Positions 39,263 to 48,160 of a stretch of 64,000 bases of DNA are shown one piece after another. Position numbers and translations under genes: made by a program. The DNA comes from Vicinamibacteria bacterium (GTDB lineage Bacteria; Acidobacteriota; Vicinamibacteria; Marinacidobacterales; Marinacidobacteraceae). The stretch covers positions 928,001 through 992,000 of the forward strand of contig CAXXLQ010000004.1 of assembly GCA_963668695.2 (NCBI GenBank), given 5' to 3'. The notes beneath the pieces were generated by a model. It did no database searches, was not told the DNA's origin, and worked only from the letters and a program-made list of their open reading frames with translations. Within the stretch, counting starts at the first letter, position 1; each line of letters starts with the position of its first letter.

Positions 39263-40642
39263 ACCCTCCTTTTCCAGGGTGTCCAGGATCCGGCGCAGCG
39301 CCGGGGCGTAGTCGTTCTTCGCGGGGCAGGCGAAGCTCAGCAGACCCAGGTCCTCCTCGATGAGTTCGAGCACCCCAAGTTCCTCGGCCCGCTCGATGTC
39401 CTCCATCAGCAGGGCCCGGAGCAGCATCACCGCCGGGATGTCGAAAGCCATCACCCGCTCATAGCTCCCGATCGGCACGATGGCGCGCCGGGAACCGTAC
39501 GTCCCGGTGGTGAGGGGGCGGGCTCCGCCGGGCAGCACCGCGGAGAGGAAGGCGCGGCTCACCGAAACCGCGCCCGCACCGGGAGCGAGCCAGCCCAGGA
39601 ACCGCCGCCGGCGGTCTTCGGCGAGCACCGTCACCTGCCGGTGATAGCGGCCGAGGTAGCCCGCCACCTCATCCGAGACGGTCCGCCCGGAGAGGAGAGA
39701 CCCGGATATGACCCGGCGCTCGCCCGGAGTCCCGCCTTCGGAGGTGGCGAAGTCCACGAGCGACGCGCCGATGGGAGCGCGCATGAGGGTCGGCCGCCGG
39801 ACCGGAGGGCCTCCCAGCGACACCACCCGGTACGGATCACCGGCCCCCGTTCGGAAGAGCTTGCCGATGGAGGCCAGGTCCTGGGCGTCGAGGTGCCAGG
39901 CCTCGTGGCCGCGGCGGACCGGAGCCAGACGGTGGATGTGGAGTCCCGCGGTACCGGCTGGATGAGGCCCGGCGAACTCCTCGTGTCGGACCCGGCCCGC
40001 TTCCTTCACCGGAAGCTGCCGGCCGGCGCGGGAGCAGACGAATACCGGTCCCTCGGTGAGACGCGAAACGGCTCCGATTCCCCAGTCGAGATCGGTAGCC
40101 CGGTCCCGGACCGCGGCCACCGGATCCGGGGCGAGGGGGGCGGTGTCGGTGGCAGTGACGAAGATCGCGTGAGGCCGCGTCCCGGGGTTCGCCACCCGCC
40201 CGAAGGGCCGGGTGCGGATCGCGGTCCACTCCCCCGATTCGAGCAGAAGGTCCCGGACCGCGTCGTCGCCGAGCGCGTCGGGATGGCGCCCCGACCAGGC
40301 TCCCGGGGCATGTCCCGAGCTGCCCCCGCCGGCGCGTTCCCCGGGGTTCACCTCGATGACGAGCGAGACGAAGGCCCGGCGCTCGCCGCGATGCACCGCG
40401 GTCACCCGTCCCGCAAGCGGCGCGGTGAACCGGACCCCGGGCGTTTTCTTGTCCTCGAAGAGCACCGCACCCCGGGAAACCGAATCTCCCTCCCGGACCG
40501 TCATCGTGGGCCGGGTCCCGGGGTAGTCCGCGCCGAGCAGCGCGATCCTGGAGGGGATCCGGAGTTCGCCCGCCGGACCGTCCGGTGCGGGAGCCCCCAT
40601 GACGCGGATGTCGAATCCGCGGCGCACGGTATGAAGACTCAT
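39260..40642 (-). CDS. nqrA: Na+-NQR subunit A
   Basis: LFEDKKTPGV, TRPFG, GPHPAG, SGSLLSG, YLGRYH, CPAKNDY; ATG at 40642. Confidence 0.93.
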   Translation of the reverse strand: MSLHTVRRGFDIRVMGAPAPDGPAGELRIPSRIALLGADYPGTRPTMTVREGDSVSRGAVLFEDKKTPGVRFTAPLAGRVTAVHRGERRAFVSLVIEVNPGERAGGGSSGHAPGAWSGRHPDALGDDAVRDLLLESGEWTAIRTRPFGRVANPGTRPHAIFVTATDTAPLAPDPVAAVRDRATDLDWGIGAVSRLTEGPVFVCSRAGRQLPVKEAGRVRHEEFAGPHPAGTAGLHIHRLAPVRRGHEAWHLDAQDLASIGKLFRTGAGDPYRVVSLGGPPVRRPTLMRAPIGASLVDFATSEGGTPGERRVISGSLLSGRTVSDEVAGYLGRYHRQVTVLAEDRRRRFLGWLAPGAGAVSVSRAFLSAVLPGGARPLTTGTYGSRRAIVPIGSYERVMAFDIPAVMLLRALLMEDIERAEELGVLELIEEDLGLLSFACPAKNDYAPALRRILDTLEKEG

Positions 40643-41097
40643 TAGCGGCCCGTGGACAAGGTGGGGCGAGCACCGAGAGCGGCGAGGCCCAGTTCTCCCG
40701 GTGGGGCCAGTTCTCCCGGTGGGGCCAGTTCTCCCGGTGGGGGCCCGGCTGACAAGGCGCGCGAGGGAGGAGCTCCCACCGGGAGAACTGGCCCGAGTGT
40801 CTTTCGACCGAAGCGCAACGATGAGCGACGCGCAGCGGCAGTTCTCCCGGTGGGGGGGCGGTTCAGCCGGGATGGATCGCCGCTCGCTTCCGGAGCGGGG
40901 CGACAGCACCGCGCAGACCCCGGAGCGGAAGGGACAGGGGGCGGGGCACCCCGACCCCTAGCCCTGCTGGCTCGGGCTTCCGGAGCGGGGCGACAGCACC
41001 GCGCAGACCCCGGAGCGGAAGGGACAGGGGGCGGGGCACCCCGACCCCTAGCCCTTCTGGCTCGGGAATGCCGGTTCAGTTTGTTCACGGGCTGCTA
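40643..41097. mobile_element. Expanded, diverged MITE-like element, copy 6, abutting the nqrA start codon
   Basis: TAGCGGCCCGTG...CACGGGCTGCTA ends; core present; five 18-19-bp modules; internal 90-bp tandem duplication (40886 and 40976). Confidence 0.8.
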
Positions 41098-41137
41098 GGA
41101 CTTGGTGTTCAGAAGGGGTGCGAACCGGACCCCGGTC

Positions 41138-41212
41138 GGAAGAACTGGCGGGGCCGGAGAAACTGGCGGGGCCGGAGAAACTGGCGGGGCCGGAGAAACT
41201 GGCGGGGCCGGG
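41138..41212. repeat. 18-bp tandem repeat x4 (CCGGAGAAACTGGCGGGG)
   Basis: Directly visible; resembles the dispersed module core CCGGGAGAACTGG. Confidence 0.9.
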
Positions 41213-41296
41213 GACCCGGGCAGGCCGGAACGGCGAATCATCCGTTTCTGGGCAACCGAGAATCTTCGCACAACGCGGCGGCCGGGCGGCGCGCCT

Positions 41297-42220
41297 TCAG
41301 GTCTCCCGGGGGGGCGCCGCCTTCCGGCGAACCGCCTGCTGGCGGGCCGCCTTCTTCGCGGCCTTCTTGCGGGTCGCTTTCTTCCGAGCCGCCTTCTTGC
41401 GGGTCGCCTTCTTCCGCGTGGCCTTCTTCCTCGCGGCTTTCTTCCGCGTGACCTTCTTCCGCGTGACCTTTTTCCGCGCCGCCTTCTTCACCGGGCGTTC
41501 CGAGTCCCGTGACTTCGGCTCCGTCTCGATCTCGACCCCGAAGAGGGCGGCCAGATCCTCCGGGCCGAACGCTTCGTCTTCGGGCGGGGCCGCCGCCTCG
41601 ACCGCCGCGCCCACCAGGTCGTCGGCGCTCACCCCCCGCAGGGTGAAGAGCTGTCCCGGGTCGTGGTCCAGCCGTGCGCCGATGCCGTACATCGCGGCGG
41701 CCGCGTGCTTGCACATCTCCGCCCAGTCGGGACAGGAGCAGTCCAACGCGATCTCGTCGGGCGACGGGAAGAGTCCTTCGCCGGGCCGGCTCACGATCTC
41801 CATCACGCGCTGGGGCGGCCTGCCGGAAAGAAGCTCCACCAGCGATCCGATCTCGCCGGCGCACTCGGTGCGAACGGACTTCCAGCGAGCTTCGGGGAGC
41901 GCAGCGATCCGGACGGAGATCTCGTAGAGGTCCGTCCCGTTGACCAGGGCGCGGACGAGACCCGGCTCCACCGCGAGGTGGACAACCGACCCGGTGCGCA
42001 CGTATTTCCGGCCGCGGGGCATGCGATTCTCGAAATCGCTGTAGTGAAGCAGGTTCTCGCACCACGCCTTGCCCCAGAAGGTCTTCGCGATCCGGTTGCC
42101 GGAGATCGGCTCCACGGGCACGACCTCCTTCCCCTCCTTCTTCAGCTTCCGGAGCCGCTCGGAAGCCCGGAAGCGCAGCTCGCCCACCGTCGGCGGCGAA
42201 TACCAGCGGCGGTAGTACAA
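41297..42220 (-). CDS. SWIM zinc-finger protein with histone H1-like basic tail
   Basis: CSCPDWAEMCKH; NRMPRGRKY; C-terminal (RKKAT/RKKAA/RKKVT)n from a 15-bp repeat. Confidence 0.9.
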   Translation of the reverse strand: MYYRRWYSPPTVGELRFRASERLRKLKKEGKEVVPVEPISGNRIAKTFWGKAWCENLLHYSDFENRMPRGRKYVRTGSVVHLAVEPGLVRALVNGTDLYEISVRIAALPEARWKSVRTECAGEIGSLVELLSGRPPQRVMEIVSRPGEGLFPSPDEIALDCSCPDWAEMCKHAAAAMYGIGARLDHDPGQLFTLRGVSADDLVGAAVEAAAPPEDEAFGPEDLAALFGVEIETEPKSRDSERPVKKAARKKVTRKKVTRKKAARKKATRKKATRKKAARKKATRKKAAKKAARQQAVRRKAAPPRET

Positions 42221-42320
42221 GGGCCCCGTTCTCTCCGGTCAGCGGGCCCGCGGCGGTTTTCCGGCGGCGCGCCACCGGAGTCCGGTCTCCGGGATCGCCA
42301 TGGAATGCTCCCGCCCGCCC

Positions 42321-43160
42321 TCACGGTCCGCCGAAGAGCGTCCGTGGGGGCCGTTTCGGTTTGCGGTTCTCCTCGGCCGGCAACGGATCCAGCGACGCGA
42401 GGTCCGGTTCGGGTTCGACTTCGACGCCAAAGACGTCCGCGAGCCCCTGCGCGTCCAGGGGGAGCGTCTTCCCCGGCGCGGGCTCGGGCAGGCCCTTCAG
42501 CGCGGAGTTGGCCACGGCGCCGAGGTGCGCGCCGCGCAGTTCGAAAAGCGCTTCCGGAACCTCATCCAGCCGGATCCCCACACCGTAGAGCGCCGCCGCC
42601 GCGTGTTCGCAGAGCGGGAAGCGCCGGTCGAGACAAACGCAGCGGAAGGAGATCTCGGCCGGGGACGGGAGCAGGCCGCCGACGACCGCGGCCTTCCGAA
42701 AGGCCTCCGGCGGCTGCCCGACGATCTCCCACCGCAACCACCCCCGGCGCGAGCACAGCTCCCGCAGGGCGTTCCAGCGGGGCGCGGAGAGGAGGGCGAT
42801 GTCCAGCGCCACCCCGTACTCGGACCCCGCCCGCACCCGCGCCCGGACGCCGCCTTGCCGGATCTCGAGGTGGATCACCGCGCCGCGCGCGACGGTTTCC
42901 CGGCCCCGCGCGAGGGTTTCCCGGCCGCGCGCGAGGAGCTCCGGGCAGGCGTAACGGCGTTCGAAGTGGTCGTGCCAGGCCGTGCCCCAGAGGTCCGTGT
43001 CGGGCAACCAGCCTTCGCTTCCCGGAACCGGCTGGAGGGCATGAAGGCGCTCCCGGGCACGCTCTGCGGCGCGGCGGAGGAACTCGTCGCGGGAAGGACT
43101 CGGAGAGGACCGGCGTCGGGGCGGCGGGGGCGGGCGGTCCACGCTCCCGGAGCGGCTCAC
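42321..43160 (-). CDS. Diverged SWIM zinc-finger paralog
   Basis: LLPSPAEISFRCVCLD...LCEHAAAALYGVGIRLD...LFELRG; overlaps the helicase stop. Confidence 0.82.
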   Translation of the reverse strand: MSRSGSVDRPPPPPRRRSSPSPSRDEFLRRAAERARERLHALQPVPGSEGWLPDTDLWGTAWHDHFERRYACPELLARGRETLARGRETVARGAVIHLEIRQGGVRARVRAGSEYGVALDIALLSAPRWNALRELCSRRGWLRWEIVGQPPEAFRKAAVVGGLLPSPAEISFRCVCLDRRFPLCEHAAAALYGVGIRLDEVPEALFELRGAHLGAVANSALKGLPEPAPGKTLPLDAQGLADVFGVEVEPEPDLASLDPLPAEENRKPKRPPRTLFGGP

Positions 43161-45925
43161 GCGACCTCACTCTCGACGGCGCGTCCGAGGTCGAGCCGCA
43201 CGAGATCCACGAGCTGATCGTCGCTCATTTCGGTGAGCGCCGCCTCCGCCCCGGCGGACAGCACCTCGGCGGAGAGCTGGCGCTTGTCCTGGATCATCGC
43301 GTCAATCCGCTCTTCCAGAGTGCCCCGGCAGACGAACTTGTGCACGAGGACGTTCCGGTGCTGGCCGATGCGGTAGGCCCGGTCGCTGGCCTGGTCCTCC
43401 ACCGCCGGATTCCACCAGCGGTCGAAGTGGATCACGTGCGAGGCCGCCGTCAGGTTCAGCCCGACGCCGCCGGCCTTCAGCGAGAGCGCGAGGAACGGCG
43501 TCCGCTCGTCCTCCTGGAACCGCCGGACGATCCCCGGCCGTTTCCTCACCGGAGTCCCGCCGTGGAGGATCAGCCCCGGCCGGCCGAACACGCGGTCGAG
43601 GAAGGCGGCGAGCGGCGGGAGCAGAGCGCGGAACTGGGTGAAGACGAGCGCCTTGTCCTGCCGCGCGGCGACCGATTCGCAGATCTCCCGTAGCCGCGTG
43701 AACTTCCCGCTCTCCGCGGGGTCGAAGTCGCCGTCGCCCAGCCACTGGGAGGGATGGTTGCAGATCTGCTTGAAGCGGGTCAGGAAGGCGAGCACCACGC
43801 CCCGGCGCTTGATCCCGTCTTCCGCCTTGAGGGCCGCCTCCATCTCAGCGACGGCTCGTTCGTAGAGTGCCGCCTGCTTCCGGCTGAGGGCGCAAAAAGC
43901 GGTGACCTCGGTCTTGTCCGGGAGGTCCGCGATGATGCTCCGGTCGGTCTTGAGCCTCCGGAGGACGTACGGCCGGAGGAGCCGGCGAAGCGGCGCGTAG
44001 CCCTGCTTCCGGTCCCGGGCCATGGATTTCGCGGCGCGCTGGAACTCCTTCGCGGTCCCGAGGAGCCCCGGGTTCAGGAAGTCGAAGAGCGACCAGAGAT
44101 CCCCCAGCCGGTTCTCCACCGGGGTCCCGGTGAGCGCGAGCTTCCAGCCGGCCGGGATCGCCTTGACCGCGCGCGTCTGTTTCGCGGCCGGGTTCTTGAT
44201 CGCCTGCGCCTCGTCGAGCACCACGCTGCGCCAGCGCCGCTTCCGCATCCACGGCGTGCGCAGGACCGTGCCGTAGGTCGTCACCACCAGATCGGCGGCA
44301 GCGAGTTCGGCTGCCGGGAGCTTCTTGAGGCGCGCCGACGGAATCCGGGACGGATGCGCGATCAGCAACCGCAGCTGCGGCGCGAAGCGCTCGGCTTCCC
44401 GCCGCCAGTTCTCGAGGAGCGACGCCGGCGCGACCAGCAGGTCCGGGCCTTTTTCACGGTTTTGGGCCTCACCGTTTTGGGCCTCGCCGTCCTGAGCCGC
44501 GAGGCAGAACACGGCGAGCGCCTGGATGGTCTTCCCGAGCCCCATGTCGTCGGCAAGACAGCCGCCGAGCCGGAGGCCCCGGAGGGTGAGCAGCCAGCCC
44601 ACCCCGCGCTCCTGGTAGGGGCGGAGGACCGCCCGCAGTCCGGCCTCTGCGGCCGCTTCAGCCGGCGGCGGGGCGTCCCGCAGCGCCCGGAGCTGCTCCC
44701 GGAGCCAGGGACCGGCAACCACGTTCGACCAGTCGGGGGCCTCCGGATCTTCGACCTCGCCGGACGCTTCCGAGAGGTTGACCCCGGCGAGGAGCCGCAT
44801 CGCCTCGCCCAGCGGGATCCCGAGCGCCTCGGCACGCTCCTGCGCCTTCTCCCAGACGCCGAGCACCTCCCGGAGTTTCTCCGCGTCCACCTCGACCCAT
44901 TTCCCCCGGATGAGCGCCAGTCCTTCGGAAGCACCGAGGAGTTCTGCGCGCTCGGCCTCGCTGAGCGCTTCGCCGTCGAGGGTGAGCGAGAGGTCGAAAT
45001 CGAGCAGGGCGTCCACCCCCAGCCGCGACGGTTCGCGCGATCCCACGGTGACGGAGACCCGCGGCCGGGGCGGCGCCTTCGGGTTCCACCAATCGGGCGT
45101 TCGGGTCACGAGCCCGGCGCGTTCATAGACGGCGGTCTCGCGGAGGAAGCGGTGGGCCTCGGCCGCGCTCCAGGGCAGCGGCCGGTAGATGCGCCCCGAA
45201 GCCAGTAACTCCCGCAGGAACTCGCTCTCTTCCGCGGCGCGGTTGAGCGGGGCGAGCAGCGCGAGCAGCTTCTTGCGGTTCCGCTGGCCGGCGTAGTCGC
45301 GGAGCGCCCGATGGAGCGGGAGGTGGGAGGGCTGGGCGCGCCCGGTCACCCGGTGGACGTAGGTCGCCATGAACGCGAACGGGTGGCGCGGGTCGCGGCG
45401 GTTCTCGGCGAGGTGGAGGCAGACCCGCCCCACCACGTTCCACAGGCGGCTCTCCTGCCGCAACCAGCCCGAGAGTCCGCCGGGCGCCGACCGCGCGCGC
45501 TCGGCGAGCACGCTGCCGAGATCGCGCCAGAGCCTTTCGAGGACCTCGGCGGTGACGAGTTCGGCGCCGGGCATCGGGGGAACCGATTCGGCGTGCCCGG
45601 CCAGCCCTCCCGGATCGGGCTCGGGGTGGACGAAGGTCTCGGGTTCCAGCGGATCGAGCGCCGTACAGGCGCCGGCGACGAACATCCGCCCGAGGTCACG
45701 CCAGAACTCCAGGGACGGATGGAAGTCCGTCCCGGGCTCCGCCACCCCGAGGTGCAGGACCCCGGCGGCCGGACCTTCGGCAAAGGCCTCCAGCACCCGC
45801 CTTTCTGCCGCGGCGGAGAGTTCCGGGCCCGGTTCGCCGGAAACGCCGACGAGGATCCGCCCGCCCGGCGTCCGTTCCGCGACGAGGACGCGCGGCTTCG
45901 GTTCCGGGCCCGCGGCTGGTTCCAT
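43157..45925 (-). CDS. SNF2-family helicase/ATPase
   Basis: LADDMGLGKT, DEAQAIKN, LTGTPVEN, SLKAGGVGLNL, DRWWNPAVEDQASDRAYRIGQ. Confidence 0.95.
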   Translation of the reverse strand: MEPAAGPEPKPRVLVAERTPGGRILVGVSGEPGPELSAAAERRVLEAFAEGPAAGVLHLGVAEPGTDFHPSLEFWRDLGRMFVAGACTALDPLEPETFVHPEPDPGGLAGHAESVPPMPGAELVTAEVLERLWRDLGSVLAERARSAPGGLSGWLRQESRLWNVVGRVCLHLAENRRDPRHPFAFMATYVHRVTGRAQPSHLPLHRALRDYAGQRNRKKLLALLAPLNRAAEESEFLRELLASGRIYRPLPWSAAEAHRFLRETAVYERAGLVTRTPDWWNPKAPPRPRVSVTVGSREPSRLGVDALLDFDLSLTLDGEALSEAERAELLGASEGLALIRGKWVEVDAEKLREVLGVWEKAQERAEALGIPLGEAMRLLAGVNLSEASGEVEDPEAPDWSNVVAGPWLREQLRALRDAPPPAEAAAEAGLRAVLRPYQERGVGWLLTLRGLRLGGCLADDMGLGKTIQALAVFCLAAQDGEAQNGEAQNREKGPDLLVAPASLLENWRREAERFAPQLRLLIAHPSRIPSARLKKLPAAELAAADLVVTTYGTVLRTPWMRKRRWRSVVLDEAQAIKNPAAKQTRAVKAIPAGWKLALTGTPVENRLGDLWSLFDFLNPGLLGTAKEFQRAAKSMARDRKQGYAPLRRLLRPYVLRRLKTDRSIIADLPDKTEVTAFCALSRKQAALYERAVAEMEAALKAEDGIKRRGVVLAFLTRFKQICNHPSQWLGDGDFDPAESGKFTRLREICESVAARQDKALVFTQFRALLPPLAAFLDRVFGRPGLILHGGTPVRKRPGIVRRFQEDERTPFLALSLKAGGVGLNLTAASHVIHFDRWWNPAVEDQASDRAYRIGQHRNVLVHKFVCRGTLEERIDAMIQDKRQLSAEVLSAGAEAALTEMSDDQLVDLVRLDLGRAVESEVA

Positions 45926-45957
45926 CGGGCGGAGAGAGTATTCGCGTGCCCCGGGTC

Positions 45958-46005
45958 GGGAGTCAGCGGATCAGGGAGTCAGCGGCTCAGGAGTCAGCGG
46001 ATCGG
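45958..46005. repeat. ~16-bp tandem repeat x3 (GGGAGTCAGCGGATCA)
   Basis: Directly visible upstream of the helicase gene. Confidence 0.85.
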
Positions 46006-46077
46006 GGACGTCGCGGCCGCGGCTGGCGGAACGCCCCGGGGGCCGGCGCTATGGATCACCCGGGGCCGGTTCATGAG

Positions 46078-46166
46078 CCACAACGCCCGTTGTGGTGCAC
46101 AGGTGATCCACTAATCCCGTTGTGGATCACTTTTCGTCGTAAGTGAGACACAACGCCCGTTGTGAA
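46078..46166. promoter_or_regulatory. Three CACAAC-N4-GTTGTG palindromes upstream of the SNF2-SWIM operon
   Basis: CACAACGCCCGTTGTG at 46079 and 46149, variant CACTAATCCCGTTGTG at 46109; flanking GTGA/TCAC arms. Confidence 0.55.
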
Positions 46167-46209
46167 TCACCGGTGAGACACAAGAAGCCCTGGAGGCCCC
46201 CAAGAGCCG

Positions 46210-47658
46210 CTACGGTTTGCCGCCGGGTCGCGGGATCTTCAGTTCCGCCCACAGCCAGGACAGATCCACCGGGCGGCGACTGTCCTCAACGGCGCTTCGT
46301 GATTCGAGGTTCTCGATTCCCTTGAGCCACTCCACCACGGCAGCGCGACCTTTCTTCGTCTTCACCGCCCGCCGGGGCGTTCGTTTCCCCAGCATGGGAA
46401 CCGGCTCGTCCAGGACCTGCCGGTAGTGCTCCTCATACTGGCCGCGCACGAGCGCCTCCATGACCTCGGGCGGCAGGTCCGGTTTCTTCGGTTTCGGCGG
46501 CGATTCTCCCGGCGGGGTTCGAAGTCGCTGCGCGGGATCCTCGTGCGAGGTCAACGGATTCCCCAGCAGCGGCCCGAGACGCGAGTTGAGCAACTCCCGT
46601 CCCCGCTCGGCGCGTTCGACGGAGTTCACGCGGAGCAAGAGAGCTCCGTCCACGATCTCGGCGCTCCCGAGGTCGAGATAGGCGACACCCGCCTCCGGAT
46701 CGTCCTGTAAAAGCTCTCTGGGAAGCCGCAGCGCCGAAACAGCGCGGCCCTGCCACGACCACCGCAGTTCGTTCCCATCCGCCCGGTCGAACTCGGGGAC
46801 GTCGTCCAGCGCGGCGGCGACTTCGGTCTCACTTCCCTTGATCGGAAACCGAACAGTGGACAGGACCAAGGGTTCGTCATCCGTGTTCCTCATCTGGGGG
46901 AGGGGGGCCTCGAGCCGTTCCAGGGTCCACTCCGCATAGGAAGTCGTGAAGAAGACTCCAGCTTTGGGGCTCTGCAGCAAGAAATCCCGCGTCTCAGCCT
47001 CACTGGCTTCCTGATCTTGGCCCAACTTCTTCGCGGCCTTGCGAATCTCCTTCTGGAGATCCTTGGCGATACCTCCAAGTCTCGCGATGCAGTGCTGGGC
47101 CAGCTCGCGGGGGAAGTGGAGCACCGCCCCGGTAAAGCACCTCGTCCGGCCCACCCGCACCACCCGCGCGAAGACGCAGTCCCAAAGACCCAGCGTTTCG
47201 GAGCCGGCCTGTTCGTCCACCCGCACCGGCTCGCTTTCCCGGATGAGGTCCCGAACGGTCAGTTCGCGGCCGCGCTTGAAATCCACTACCTCGTAGAGCG
47301 AAGCCGTCGAGTCCCGGAGGGCCAGGAGATAGTTGCGGGCGGGGCCTTTCTCGAGCCATCCCCGCCGGGCGAGGTAGCCGTCCACCACGTTCTCCTCCCC
47401 GTCCTCGCCGAAGCGAGCGGAGAGAAAGTCCTCAAAGATGCAGGCGAAAAACGGTGGCCCCAGCGGACCCAGTCTGTTGAACAGTTCCTTGTCGGAGATT
47501 CCGATTTCTTCGAACTGCTCCAAGTGGACCGCGAACACGCTGTTCTTGCGGTCCTCCCACTCGTTGCCGCTCGCCCACTGCATGACGTTTCTCACGGCTC
47601 GCTCGCCGCCGCGAATACGCACGACAGAAAGGTAACGGAACCAGCCTCCCGTAGGCAC
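46210..47658 (-). CDS. Conserved-looking hypothetical protein with C-terminal DUF2384/MbcA-like motif
   Basis: 482-aa ORF; SLYEVV, LDEPVPMLGKRTPR, WLWAELKI; start uncertain. Confidence 0.7.
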   Translation of the reverse strand: MPTGGWFRYLSVVRIRGGERAVRNVMQWASGNEWEDRKNSVFAVHLEQFEEIGISDKELFNRLGPLGPPFFACIFEDFLSARFGEDGEENVVDGYLARRGWLEKGPARNYLLALRDSTASLYEVVDFKRGRELTVRDLIRESEPVRVDEQAGSETLGLWDCVFARVVRVGRTRCFTGAVLHFPRELAQHCIARLGGIAKDLQKEIRKAAKKLGQDQEASEAETRDFLLQSPKAGVFFTTSYAEWTLERLEAPLPQMRNTDDEPLVLSTVRFPIKGSETEVAAALDDVPEFDRADGNELRWSWQGRAVSALRLPRELLQDDPEAGVAYLDLGSAEIVDGALLLRVNSVERAERGRELLNSRLGPLLGNPLTSHEDPAQRLRTPPGESPPKPKKPDLPPEVMEALVRGQYEEHYRQVLDEPVPMLGKRTPRRAVKTKKGRAAVVEWLKGIENLESRSAVEDSRRPVDLSWLWAELKIPRPGGKP

Positions 47659-47708
47659 CCATCGATGGCGCGCCGGGAGAGACTGCCGACCTCCCGGTCG
47701 GCATCGCT

Positions 47709-47783
47709 CCGCCGCCAGATCCGGCTACTGCGACATGTTCCCGCCCAGCCGATCCCGCTGGAGCAACATGTTCCCCTGCCAGA
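47709..47783. repeat. Detached degenerate units of the satellite
   Basis: CCAGATCCGGCTACTGCGACATGTTCCC...GCAACATGTTCCCC. Confidence 0.8.
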
Positions 47784-47840
47784 CCAGGACTGTCAGGAAT
47801 TGGGACTGTCAGGAATTCCGTGTGTAGGCGGGTGACTGTG

Positions 47841-48160
47841 GAATAGACGCATGCTCGGGCCGACCGATCCCGGAATTGACGCATGGTTCAGCCAACCGGC
47901 TCCGAAATAGACGCATGCCCGAGTCAACCGATTCCGGAATTGACGCATGCTCAGGCCGACCGATCCCGGAATTGACGCATGGTTGAGCCAGCCGACACCG
48001 GAATAGACGCATGCCCGGGCCGACCGATCCCGGAATTGACGCATGGTTGAGCCGGCCGACCCCGAAATAGACGCATGCCCGGGTCAACCGGCTCCGAAAT
48101 AGACGCATGCTCAGGCCAGCCGATCCCGGGATTGACGCATGGTTGAGCCAGCCGACACCG
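47841..48160. repeat. Ten 32-bp tandem units (family 1, core GACGCATG)
   Basis: e.g. GAATAGACGCATGCTCGGGCCGACCGATCCCG and GAATTGACGCATGGTTGAGCCAGCCGACACCG; exact 32-bp period over 320 bp. Confidence 0.95.

Noticed and set aside
40643-40909. 88-aa N-terminal extension of NqrA in the ORF track
   Set aside because: Derived from MITE copy 6; NqrA similarity starts at MSLHTVRRG (40642).
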